This document shows, piece by piece, positions 1 to 12,110 of a stretch of 64,000 nucleotides of DNA. The notes beneath the pieces were generated by a model that made no database searches, was not told the origin of the DNA, and saw only the letters and a program-made list of their open reading frames with translations. The translations under genes and the position numbers were made by a program. Each line of letters opens with the position of its first letter. The first letter of the stretch is position 1. This stretch comes from Azolla caroliniana (lineage: Eukaryota > Plantae > Polypodiophyta): contig JBHGNT010000003.1 in the NCBI GenBank assembly GCA_043228905.1, positions 4,588,001 through 4,652,000 of the forward strand, given 5' to 3'.

Positions 1-2342
1 CGAACATGTCTTTGAGGCAATCTCCACCTTCTCGCTCTTGTTCGCCGGATTCCGGGTCGAGCGGAATCAGAGTCGAAGTTGTCTCAGGTGCATACCAGGA
101 TGCGGACTCGTCAAAAACGACATCTCGACTTACTCGAGATTTTCGAGTTGAGGGGTTGTAGCATTTGTACCCCTTTTGCTCCAGTGAGTATCCTACGAGG
201 ATACATTTCTCCGACTTCGGGTCAAGCTTTTGACGCTTCTCGTCGGGGATGTGCACGTACGGCGATAGGTCTGGCTTCTTTCCGAAGAACTTCTCGTGCG
301 AAGTGACCTCGTGCACTCCGGATGTTGTGCACCGGTTCATTAGGTAGACGGTCGTATTTGCAGTTTCGGCCAATATGACTTGGGCATATGCTTCTCGTTC
401 ATCATGGCCCGCGCTACTTCGAGGATGTGCCGATTTTTGCGCTTGGCTACTCCGTTTTGTTTCAGAGTGATTCGGCAAGTGAATTCTCGCCGAATTCCTT
501 CCTTTCAAAGATACGTCGTGAAATCATCCGAGAAGTACTCCTTGCCGCCATCTGATCGAAGGCATCGTACATGGCAACCAGTGGCTTTTTCGACTTCGTT
601 TTTAAACCTTTGAAAGTGTCCGAACACTTCACTCTTTTGCCGCATCGGATAGAGCCATGTGTGCCTGGAGAATTCGTTAATGAAGAGCACGTAATATTGG
701 CATCCGCCGAATGTAGCCGTTTGCGCCAGTCCCCATACATTGGAATGGACTACGTCGAGTAGACCTTTGCTCACGTTCCGCTCTTTCAGGAATGGGTGTC
801 GGTGTTGCTTGCCGAATTGGCATGCTTCACATACACCTTCAATCTCCTTCTCTTTGAATGTCGGGAGTCTGATGACGACTCCTTTCGATTTCATTGCTTT
901 GAGTTTGTTGAGATTGATGTGGCCAATTCGCTTGTGCCATAGCTCTATGTCGGAGTCGGCTTTCGTGCTTTTTGCGAACATGGCGGATTTCATCTCGTGT
1001 GAATCGAGAATGAACATCCGGACCTCTTTTCTTCCACGCGCGATGATTCGGCCCTCTTTTTCAATGAAGCACCCTTCTTGGTCGAATCGTACTTGCATCC
1101 CTTGCTCAACCATTTGGTTGACTGAGACCAAGTTCTTCGTGATGGTGGGAACATGCAAGACATTTTTAATGTACGTTTTCTTACCTCATTCGCCGAACGG
1201 AACATTGCCAATGTGCCGAATCCGGTGTGTAGTGTCATCTCCAGTTTCGACATAACTGGGTCGCTCCGGCTCTCGAAGTTCGAGAAACCATTCTTTATGA
1301 GATGTCATATGGTTTGAGGCTCCGGAGTCAACAAACCATACGTCCTCCGGATTGAGGGCACTAGTTGAGGTAGAGTCCAACATAGAGTTTGCTCTATGTT
1401 TCATCATGAACATTCCGCCACGGTCAGAGTTGTGTGCATACATTCTGCCACGATCTTCGTAGTCGGAGTTGTGCCCATACGTTCCGCTATACTCTTCGTA
1501 GTCGGAATTGTGCACGTAATTCGTGAGTTGCCGGCTTGTGGAAGCCGATTCACGCATCTGTTTTCGGCACTCTTCTTCGTGGTGGCCGAGCTTTCCGCAA
1601 TATCCGCATTCGGTTGCGTTTTGACGGCAGAGGCCGGAGTGGAAGCTCCCCCTTCTTGCGAAGGTTCCTTGTTGGCTTCCGTTTTGTGGCCGAAATTGGG
1701 AGTTGTTGTCGTAGGTCGGACCTCGTCCGCCTTGTCCTTGGCCGAATCGGCCTCTCACTCATCCGCATCCTCTTCCTCCGTTCAAGTGTGTGTAGAGCAT
1801 GTGGCCTTCCGATTCATTGCTCCTTGTACGCACGTGGTTTTCTTCGACCAATAGCATTGATTGGAGCTCGAAGAAGGAGGGAGATTTCTCCCTTGCTAGA
1901 ACGGCGGTTCGCATCGCGCCAAACCGTGGTGCGAGGCCACCGAGGCATATTTGCACCATCTCATCATCATCGATATTTACGCTTATCGAGCCGAGTGAGT
2001 CGCAAAGCTCCTTGATCTTCAAGGTGTATGTCGTGATGGACATGTCCCTTTGCTGAATGTTGTTCAACTCTTGGCGGAGTTGAAGCCTTCTTGCGGTTGT
2101 GTTCGCCACGAAAATCTTTCATAGATTTTCCCATGCCTCCTTCGGCGTCTTGGCATCGTAAATGTCTCTTCTTCTTCTTCTTCTTCTTCTTCTTCGTAAA
2201 TGTCAATTCTTCTTCTTCTTCTTCTTCTTCTTCTCTCTTCGAATGCGAGGTATGTAGCGAAGCTACAATAGCGATGAGCCGGTTCTTGATCATCGGCATA
2301 GGACACAGCACACACGGATGGGCTAGATCGAGCTACCAAACC

Positions 2343-2354
2343 GCTCTGATACCA
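2343..2354 (-). promoter_or_regulatory. Primer-binding site, tRNA-iMet type (TGGTATCAGAGC)
   Basis: Plus strand gctctgatacca lies directly beside the LTR end. Confidence 0.92.
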
Positions 2355-2762
2355 TGTAAAGAATCAAGAGATGGATTCTGTGAAGCGGAATAGATATGAG
2401 TTGTGTGTGTGTATGAGAGAGAGTGAGAGAGTGTGTGAGAGAGAGAGTGAGAGAAACAAGGAGTAAGACACAGAGAATACGCAAGGTAAATGTATATTAA
2501 CAAAGGAGAAAGACTCAACATAATACAAGGTGGGAGGAGGGTGCTATATATAGTCACCCTCTCTCTTCATTAACTACAAGACTCATGGAGCATGGGGAAT
2601 GTGGAAGCTCATAAGTTATGTGTCATAGAATATGATTCTATGACTCATACTAAATGCTAGAATACAAAGTGGTGACCTAATGGTGACTCTTGACCGTTGG
2701 AATGTCTATTCACTCTCAAGGTGAGTTCACACACTAGACCAAGTTGAGCTTGATTCTCAACA
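2355..2762 (-). repeat. 5' LTR (408 bp) of the copia element
   Basis: TG...CA ends with imperfect inverted repeat tgtaaagaatcaag / cttgattctcaaca; abuts the PBS; contains TATA-like and (GA)/(GT) tracts. Confidence 0.88.
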
Positions 2763-4509
2763 TAACCCTCGGAGGACATGCATTCCGGATTTCGTCCGTA
2801 GTCTTACAATTGTGCGCCCTAGGAGCCTATCCTTTACTGTTGGGCCGATCGTGGTTAAAGATGACACATATAAAGTAAAATTGGTAGAAGAATGTCATTA
2901 GTTTCCGATGCGACAAGACTAAAGTCCAGTTACTAACACAGGAACAGGCTGGTCTAAGCAAGCAATTGACACCATTGTATGCAGAAGGAATCAATATGTT
3001 AGATGGATTAGGTTATGAGGAGCTAGATCGGTACTTAGAAGAGCATCCCAAGATAGTCCCGTTGTTCGAGGTTGACATATCGGAGCTAGTCACGCCTTAC
3101 GTAACGAACCGGGAGGAAGATACTGACGAACCGGATCAGGAGGCTATCCAGGAACTCCGGGAAGTGGAGGAAGCTTTAGAGAAGGAAATGATTGTGTCAC
3201 AGCGCGTAAAAGCATCAACATTAGAGGAAGTCAATCTCGAAATGATTTAGGAACCACGACCGGTGAACGTAGCTAAGGAGATACCACCGGGTATGCATTG
3301 CTTATCGGAAATTAAATGGAGCCATAATAACCTGTGTGTTTCCGCGTCCCTTCATGAACAGAGTGTTAGATGTCGTGGCCATACAAGAGGTGTACAGTTT
3401 CCTCGACGGGTTTAGAGCATACAACCAAATCCGGATGATCAAGAAAAGATAGCGTTTGTGACAGAATGGGGAGTGTTTGTCCCAGTAGTAATGATGTTCG
3501 GATTGAAGATCGCATCGGCAACGTTCTAGAGGATTATAATGGAGATATTCGGGGAATATATTAGGGCATTTATGCAGGATTTCCTTGATGACTTCGCCAT
3601 GTATAGCTTAATGACGGAGCATTTGGACCATCTCCGGATGTGTTTAGACAAATGTCGGACCGCCCGATTGAGCTTGAATCTCGCAAAGTGTGCATTCAGA
3701 GTCACATTGTTGGGCCACATTGTCAACAAGGAAGGAATTGTGGTAGATCCGAACAAAGTCAAGACAATTTTACAAGCATTAGCGCCAACAAAAGCAAAAG
3801 CATTAAGTCGATTTCTCGGACAAATCTGGTGGCATAGTTGAATGCTATGATATTTAGCAGACTTTTCTACACCTCTACATGCCACGGTGCACCGATTATT
3901 GTTTCAATGGATGGAGCATGAGGACAAGGTATATCAAACACTGACAGTGATGTTATCATAGGCCCCGGTACTGCAGCCACCTGACTGGACAAAGGATTTC
4001 CACGTGTTTGTCGACGCGTCAAACGTGGCAATCGGGAGTGAGTTGATGCAGTTCACAGAGCCAAAATGGTATGGGCCAGTGTATTACACAAGCTGGAAGC
4101 TCTCGAACGCCGAAACAAATTATTTCACAATGGAACGAGAAGCATTATGCATGGTATATAGCATGACCAAGTGTTGGCACTATTTGTTAGGTCGGAAATT
4201 TTCCTTCCACATCGATCATTCGACGTTAGTATATCTTGTGTCCAAAGCGTGACTAACCAGTAAACTAGCCAGATGGACCTCGCTCCTACAAACATTTGAG
4301 TTTGGCATATACCATATGCCCGGAGTTCAACATGCAGTCATCGATTACTTAAGTAGGTTGGAGTCTAGAGAATCTAGTGACAGGGTGCGGGATGAATTTC
4401 TAGATGTGCAATTGTTTAAAATCACCGCGGAAGAGGCTATAGATGAGTCGGTGGAAGACAAATGGATGATAGACATGTACTAATTTCTAAGTAGTGAACT
4501 ACCACCAGA
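2763..4509 (+). pseudogene. Degenerate Ty3/gypsy pol fragment (PR end, RT, RNase H), an older relative of element F
   Basis: TPLYAEGINML, EHPKIVPLFE, EIFGEYI.AFMQ.FLDD and FVDAS.VAIG match the F polyprotein (48860-54700) closely; many stops and deletions. Confidence 0.92.
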
Positions 4510-4881
4510 TTTTTGGAAATGTCCAAACTTCACTCTTTTGACTCATGGGGAAGATCTAGGTGTGCCTAGAGATGTAGCCAATAAAGGTCACGTAATATCG
4601 GCATCCATCGAATCTGGTCGTTGGGCTAGTCCCCGTACATCTGAATGTACTACATCCAGGATCCCTTTGCTCACGTTCCTCTCTTTGGGAACGGTTTTCG
4701 GTGTTGTTTGCTGAATTGGCAAGCTTATGGAGATTAATGTGGCCAATCGTTTTGTGCCACAACTCTATGTTGGTGTCAGCTTTATGGCCCTTGGCAAACA
4801 TTGCCGATTTCATCTCGTGAGAATCAAGGATGAACATTCAGCCTTCTCTTCGTCTATGAGCGATAATTCGGCCTTCCTTTT

Positions 4882-5261
4882 TGTAGAAACGAAGGTGTGG
4901 AAGCGTTAGACAACCTGTTTAGCCAAATAGCAACAGAGAGAGAGAGAGCGAGAGATTAACACACAGAGGGTACGCATGAGAGATAGAGAGAGCAGAACAA
5001 CCTAAATCTATTATCAAAAACTTGGTAAAATACTCTGTACATACAACGTGCTCAACAGCACTATTTATACAAGTCCTAAGAGGACTGACAGAAGTACAGT
5101 GTACTTCAATGCTCACATGAGTGTCTGACACTAACTACGAGACATTAACTACCTAGTAGTCTAGGCTGCTACTAGGTTTTCGGTTACTGCTGGATCCGGC
5201 TAACCGGCTCCCCAGCTCACCGGCTCACCGATCCGGATCCGGTTGAGCTTGCCGCTCAACA
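4882..5261 (-). mobile_element. Solo LTR (380 bp)
   Basis: Reads TGTTGAGC...TTCTACA on the minus strand; flanks CTTTT/GTTTT (5-bp TSD, 1 mismatch); the host reading frame resumes across it. Confidence 0.8.
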
Positions 5262-5475
5262 GTTTTCGATGAAGGATCCTCCATCATTGAACCGAACTTG
5301 CATGCCTTGTTCCACAATCTGACCAACCGAGACTAGGTTCATCGTTATTGTTGGGACGTGCAAGACGTTCTTAATGTAGGTCTGGTTTCCCTCTTCACCG
5401 AATGGGACATTACTAACATTCTGAATCGGGTAAATTGTGTCATTGCCTGTTTCCACATAGCTAGATCGTTCGGGT

Positions 5476-5945
5476 TGTTGAGCAAGCAAACTGAACATGA
5501 TCCGGATCGGCTGAATAAGCCAAGAGCCAGATCGGTGTTCGGAACAAAGAGGCAAATCGGTGTCTGGAACGAAGAGCCGGATCAGTGTCCAGAACAGAGA
5601 GCTGGACCAATGTCCGGATCTGAGCATAACCAGGAGGTCGTTAGAGGCCTACGATCCTAGCCTAGTACATACGCATACTCTTAGGAGTTAGTGTTAGTCG
5701 CTCGGTACAAGCATTGAAGTATTTGTCTATACTTCGGCCAATCCTTTTAAGGACTTGTATAAAAGTGCATACAGAGCACATTGTATGTACAGAGTGTTCA
5801 TTATTTGAAATTGAAGTTTTGTTGTCAGCTCTCTCTATCTCTCTCACACACACCTACTTTGCGTATTCCATTCTCTATGTTTTCTGTTGCGATCCAGCTA
5901 AGCCGGTTGTGATTTGTGTTTAGCTTCCGCACTGTAATTTTTACA
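5476..5945 (+). mobile_element. Solo LTR (470 bp), related to 4882-5261, opposite orientation
   Basis: TGTTGAGC...TTTACA; flanks CGGGT/TGGGC (decayed TSD); shares the core ggacttgtataaa...gagcac.ttgtatgtacagagt with the other solo LTR. Confidence 0.78.
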
Positions 5946-6048
5946 TGGGCTTTCACAACTCTCGGAACCAATATTTATGAGATGTCATGTGATTGGATGC
6001 ACTCGAGTAGACAAACCATACATTTTCTGAGTTTAGTTGGAAGGCAGT

Positions 6049-6514
6049 TGTCACGAACACACCAACTGCGGACTTGGACAGAGCACAGATGATGGGGCTA
6101 CGAGCATGGAACTTAAGAAGTTAGGGAATGACACAAGAGCATGAAGACAAAGATAAAGATCAAGGACACAAGATGGGGCAAAACGAGAATATTAGATTGA
6201 TGTGTCAATGACTAGTGTTGAATCTCTTGAAAGGGACCAAGGAGGTTACAAGTATTTATACAAGTTCCGAGATTGGATATCTCTAGAATATACTCCAGAA
6301 ATATCTCTAGAATATACCATACAATATTTCTAGAATATACTAACAATTAGAATCTTCTGATTCTAAAATGTATTATACACTAGACTATAGAATACTAAAC
6401 TCTTATATAAAAATGCATGCTCATATTAAAATGGTTGAGCATGACATATTATTGTTGTGAGGTTGTGGGTTCAATACTCACCAACTATATATTTTATGTC
6501 ACTGTATCGTGACA
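6049..6514 (-). mobile_element. Solo LTR (466 bp), gypsy-type TGTCACG...CGTGACA
   Basis: Terminal inverted repeat tgtcacga/tcgtgaca and perfect TSD GCAGT (6044-6048, 6515-6519). Orientation inferred from TATAAATA on the minus strand. Confidence 0.9.
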
Positions 6515-8025
6515 GCAGTCAAACACAATTGCACTATGAAGTACAATGACTCTGACAAGTGCATTCGAATGGGGGTGTGAACATTTGTGTCTACCTTTGT
6601 CCATTCATTCACCTTGTATCTTTTTGGAGCATTTTCAATCTCAATTGGGTTGATCTGACCCTTAACTATCAGATAGTCTTGCATTTGCTCCTTCTAGAAG
6701 TTGAAGTTTGATCCGTCGAACTTCCTTAGACTCGTCTCTAATGGGCTGGATGTTGATGCCATTTTGTGTTGGTTGATTATGATATGTCCAAGGTTGAATA
6801 TGAACAATGGTGGGGTGCAACCGAATGGCTCACCCGATATCGTTCTAGTCAGATTTGGACACAAGTCGAATCGACTTCGACTATTGGCGGGTTCTGTCCG
6901 AAGTGGCTACAGTCAATTGACTTAGCTGAATTGGACGTGAATGCGTCGATTGGTTAGCCAATTGGATTTCGGATAACATTTGGGTACTAAACTTGCTCGG
7001 AGTGGCTTCGACGATTGAAGGGACAGAGTCGACTGGTCTTCCTGAATGTCGCCTAGCCAAGTAGAGCACAGTTAACTGTCGATTGGCAATTTCATGAGCC
7101 AATCGCTGTCAGATTATGTGTCGTTTGTGCCTATTTTCCAAGCCAATCCTACTTTGAGTAACTACGACGATTAGAGGGACAGATCCAATTGTTCTTCCCG
7201 AATATTGTCTAGTTGAGTGAAGCACAGATGGGGGTTGTTCCTAGGACCAAATCTTCTTTGAGAGTTACGATGAGCAAGTGGACAACACCGAATGGCCTGA
7301 CCGATTGCCGTTTAACTTGATGAAGCATGATTTACGGTTGAATCAATGGATAGACCTCACTTCAAGTGGCTACAATCATAAAGCCAAAGTACAGCTAACT
7401 AGCCTACTTCAAAAGTGATTTAACTCAGCAAAGTGGCAGTTTTCCAGGTGTTTCTCCTCGTAGAAGATGATCTTGTAGGGAGTTGCCGGCTGAGAGATTT
7501 CAATCGGACTGAAATCTCAAAATCTGTTCTATCAAGAAAATATAGTCAGAACACCTTCAAGGGTTGCTAAAAAGAAAGGGATGTTGATGAGGACAAGAAG
7601 ACAACCAGCAACAAAATCAAAAACACCAAGCTCTAATACCAAATGTTGAAAGCGGTCGTCAGGATGCAGATACAGATTGATAACACAAAGAATCAAAAAC
7701 TCAGCACTCTTTGAGATGAAGTTCTTCAAAGAATACAAAGAACCAGATTGATAACACAAGACAACTTAATCATAAGACAAGATCAACAAGGGAACAAAGG
7801 AGAAGAGAAACAACCAGGTAGGCACAAGAGTATGTAATTGTATTATTCTCAAAGTTACAACAGCACAATATACAAGATGAACAATCACAGAACTAGGTTA
7901 CAAAGTCAGTTTAAATACTAACTTACTTAGGGCGACTTCCCTTTCCATTATTTACCGAAATTGCCTAAACCTAGTGTGTCCAATGGGACAATGTGAATAC
8001 AACTATTATATACCCATATTCGACA
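6515..8025 (-). mobile_element. Second copia family, 5' part: LTR 7644-8025, decayed PBS 7630-7641, ~870-bp leader, gag start 6762
   Basis: gctctaatacca beside a tgttgaa...ttcgaca LTR; gag N-terminus RKFDGSNFNF*KEQMQDYLIVKG. Confidence 0.82.
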
Positions 8026-8666
8026 CTCTCAACCAAATCCAAAACTCTCGAGTAGAAACCTAAACTCCCATCAAAATAATGAAGAAGAAACCCTTAAATC
8101 CCAAGTATTTTAAGAAGAAGAAAAAAAAAATATGTCCAAAAGAAACCTAAGGGTGCACATTCAAAACACAAAGTGAGTGACCCAACATAAGCCCTCTTCT
8201 CCTCTTTTATAGAGAAAGAGGGGCCTATTTTTGGTATTAAATGCACTTCGTCCCTTTTTTGCATTTTCAAAGCTAAAAAAAGGAATAATTCCTTAATATG
8301 TGTTGTCCCGCCTTTGCCCTTTCTCTTGTTTTCTACCTTTAGACACATTATATCACGGCAACATAACAAAACTTGTCAAGTCTAAGAAATATAAGCACAA
8401 ATCTAATGAGCAATCAAACATTCTATGTAACAATGTCACAAAGATATGCTCATGCATATGAAACATGACCGGAATGATCGAGGACTTTAACTCGAGAGGA
8501 TGGGAATGTTGAGATGTCGTGGATAGAGTTCTCTGTGATTTCAATATTTCTCAAAGAGTTCAATCCACTTCCTTAGATTACCAGTAAAAGTGTTAGTTTC
8601 ATGTTTGTGTGTATAAAAACTTTATTCAATTATGAAGGAGTTTATATATCTAAATATCTATGCCTA

Positions 8667-8667
<1 letters not shown>

Positions 8668-8700
<33 letters not shown>
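8668..8700. repeat. (TG)n microsatellite
   Basis: Direct reading. Confidence 0.9.
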
Positions 8701-8701
<1 letters not shown>

Positions 8702-9939
8702 ACGAGTTCAATTGTATGTACGTATATGGGTATAAAAGTAGGAATGTGTGTGTATAAGTCTGTAGGTGCACTACCTATGTGGGTTATGCAAGTACATATA
8801 TGGGGTTGTGTGAATAATTAGGGCTTCTATATATTAAAGAGTTGTGCATTCATATCTGAGTATATGTGCACTTGAATTTAAACATATATGTGGATTGGTT
8901 CAAAAGGATGTGTGTATGTGTATGTGTGGGGATATTAGTATATATGTTTACGCATGTCTCTAAATGTTTGTCTAGATAGTATAACGTGTGTGCATAAAGA
9001 AGTACTTATAAGGAAGATGTCCGTAAGTAGGGGGGAGTATTCAGAGAATCTTGGGATAGATACTTCTTATTTTATTTTATTTCTAAGTATAATTAGAAGG
9101 GAAAAGGAAACAATAGGGGAAAAATAAAGGCTTGGAGTTGAAGGCTCAAGATGTTTTATTTTCTTATGACTTTGCCCTCTTCGACCTCTTGCTTGAGGAT
9201 AAAATTTTCTTCAAATTACAATAATGATTCCCTCTTTGGGCACATGGGACACTGGCTCCAATCGGCATCACATGTTCAACTCCCGTCATTACCAAATCCT
9301 TCATATGCTCATAATGTTCCACATGGTGGTCTGAAGATACGATCCTGGCCATGAATTCGTCTCATTAGAAATGCAAGTTTCCCCATGTGGTAACTCAAGG
9401 ATTCATCTCTCACAAAATTTCCTCCAATTCATGTAAATTTGTGCCCATGTTAGGGGAATGATAGTATAATGGTACACTACTTTAGTGTGAGATAGAGGCA
9501 TGACCAAATTATTAGAATTAGGGGATATCAACACAACAGACAAGGTTTGAGTAGCACTTAACTTGCCAAGGAAATCAATAACACTCAATTGCATAAAGTT
9601 ATGAGGGGGAGAGGTAACACAATTACAATGATTCACTTTAGCTCAAATCTTCTCTCTCTAGAAGATAATGAATAGCTTAACTCTGAGTCGAAAATTTATG
9701 AGTTGAAAGAGAGTAATAAAAGTCAAGCCTATGGCTTAAATGCTCTCTAGTGGATTACAAGGGTGACAACTTGAGAGAGTAAATTTTAGATAATAAAGGT
9801 AAGTGCAATTATCCACTTTACTAGTGGCACCTCTCCTTTGATTTTCGTTGCATTAAGTACTTGATATTCTATTAGCAAATTGTCAAATTGTATTCTAAAA
9901 GTATTCTTTCACCAAAACTACTCTAAGCTTTCCTCTAAC

Positions 9940-10398
9940 TAACAATCGGCAATGGTTTGGTCCTCTCAAACCGAACTGTTTAAACTTTTTGAAACCTGAA
10001 TTGAACCAAACCAAATCACGAAACCGTTAAACCGAACTGTTAAACCATTTTCAAACAATTAAAACATTAAATCGGAAAAACCACGGTTTCGTGGTTCGGT
10101 TTCGGTTTTCAACATAATTCAAAAAAAAAAATTTATTTTTCAAAATTTATAATATTTCATTATTTTATTTTTCTAAACATTTTAAGATGTTCCTAAAATG
10201 TGAGAATAAGGTCTAAAAATGAAAAGATTGTTTAAAAACATTTTTTTATTTTCTTTAAAAAAAATTTTGAATTTAAAAAATATATAAAATAAAAAACCAT
10301 TTAAACCACGGTTTTCGAAACCGAACCGAACTGTTAAAACCGTTAAGTTGCGGTTTCGCAGTTCAGTTCGGTTCAAACCGAACCGTTGCCGATTGTTA
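9940..10398. mobile_element. Non-autonomous hAT-superfamily MITE (459 bp)
   Basis: TIRs taacaatcggcaatggtt / aaccgttgccgattgtta; perfect 8-bp TSD CCTCTAAC (9932-9939, 10399-10406); many subterminal AACCG/CGGTT motifs; AT-rich core. Confidence 0.9.
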
Positions 10399-11384
10399 CC
10401 TCTAACTAGCCAATTAACATCGTCAAACTTTTAGTTTCATTCCTCTAGCTATAGTATTTATATTAGTGTCCATCTTGGTCAGACGAATAACAATGTTTCT
10501 AGAAGTACGAGAATATCCTGAATAGGGTCTTTAAATTTACTAAAATGCCTCGAACTTTTTAATTAAATGTTAATTTGATTCAATCCCGACATAATCTAAT
10601 TCATAACAATTTTCTTGAGGCAATGGGAGACCATATTTTACACAACAACTATTTTAATTTATGAAGCGAAATCTCATAGCTAAATTAATATAAATGCTAT
10701 TTATAATTAAGGAATGAAGGTCCATAATGGATCATCTTAATAATCTACTATTTAGTGTAAATTTGAGTTACTCGTAAAAGGCACTTTCGGATATTCTAAT
10801 GGTTTAAAAAAGATAGGAATCTTTTTGTAGAATGATTTGTGGTTTTTATACAAACATAAATTGATTCAAAAAGACAATGCCAAGTGTTTTCTTGCGACAA
10901 GGTAGTCTATACCCACCAATAAGATGATTAAATTGGTTGAACTTATTCCGGAAAAGTTAAATGTGTAATGTGTCCTATAACTAAACCAATATTTGTGGAC
11001 ATTCAAAAATCATATGAGCTCATGTTCATCATTGAAACATAAATCTCGACAATTAAACATGGGTTGATGTCCATTGATGACAACAGGACAATACATATCA
11101 AATGATAATTTTTTGTCCACTCGTATTGACTAACCTCTTGACATCAACTTGTATTTCATTTACACCAATTTGTCTCCCTTGTGGGTCAATTAGCACTAAT
11201 TAGCATGAATCGACATAGAGTAATATCTACCAAACAAGGTTCAATTGTGACCAAATTGGACATTTTGACGTTTGTGTACGAATGTTGACTGTACACCTCC
11301 TAATGATATTTTCTCCATCTAAGGGGCAACTACCAAACTTACTATTCAACATTCATATTATCCGAGTGAAATCTACGAAGGTCA

Positions 11385-12110
11385 CGTCATTGTTAGCACA
11401 ATAGTTCAAATACAAGAAATTAAAAGGTTCTTCAATTTAGATTATGAATTGATTGGTTCAAGTTTTGTTTGTTATTGACTTTATATCATTCGTATTGGAG
11501 TTGACAAGCGAGACCCAAAGAAGAAAGCCTAAAAGAAGAGGGGAGTTAAAGGCATACATGTAATAGATGAGCAGGAGCCCCCTAGAGTTGGAGTGCAACA
11601 TATTGTTATAGGACCCTTATATGAGGTTTTGCATGTGGTCTAAGATGATAGTGATTGCAGATGAAATGTGTTATTGATGTGTCAACGTGCTATTGATGTA
11701 GCATTTCCTCCATGCAAGGGGTTACCAAATATATTTCTTAATATTGTTTTAAAATCTATCAATGGCATGTCATTGTTAGCATAATAGTTTAACTACAACA
11801 AACCGATAGTTTCTCTAATTTAGATTATGATTGATATTAGAACAAAAAAAGGATACACCTTACGTTTTTTTATTGACTTCATATCATAGAATTTGGGGGT
11901 AGAACAAGTGAGATATAAAAGAGAATGTTTAGAGGAAAGGCCAAGTAAAAGACATACATGTAATTTATGGGAAATGAGTTCTCCAAAGTGTAAGGCGAGG
12001 TTTGACTACAACATAGTGTTGCAAGACCCCCAATATGATGCTTCGTCATTGGTCTAAGGTGATGGTGAATCGATGGAGATGGCAAGTGACAAAGTGCTAT
12101 TGATGTGTGA
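11385..12110. repeat. Diverged tandem duplication, ~380-bp unit, two copies
   Basis: gtcattgttagca.aatagtt...aatttagattatga...catacatgtaat...tggtctaag...gtgctattgatgt occurs from ~11385 and again from ~11769. Confidence 0.7.

Larger units (their letters stand above)
1..2762 (-). mobile_element. Ty1/copia LTR retrotransposon, 5' half (5' LTR, PBS, gag-PR-IN); runs off the left edge; inserted into a gypsy remnant
   Basis: Minus-strand ORFs: gag (NTTARRLQLRQEL, 1759-2109), zinc knuckle CGYCGKLGHHEEEC and protease WFVDSGASNHM (1186-1758), GAG-pre-integrase LWHKRIGH and integrase core LRSDGGKEY (505-1158). This is the copia domain order; in-frame stops separate the pieces. Confidence 0.93.
4510..6033 (-). 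pseudogene. Copia PR-IN fragment of the same family as 1-2762, split by two solo LTRs
   Basis: MFILDSHEMKSAMFAK, IELWHK.IGHINL, SYVETG.DT and VWFV...ASNHMTSH are homologous to 505-1758. Confidence 0.85.

Noticed and set aside
1967-2393. ORFs with poly-E, poly-K, poly-R and poly-F runs
   Set aside because: They are translations of the (GAA)n microsatellite.
6417-6488. Functional tRNA genes here and at 35257-35325 and 44924-44991
   Set aside because: Acceptor and anticodon stems do not pair convincingly and no anticodon can be assigned; kept only as tRNA-derived cassettes.
9150-11380. Faint gypsy RNase H or integrase-like remnants around the MITE
   Set aside because: Too decayed to support a call or boundaries by eye.
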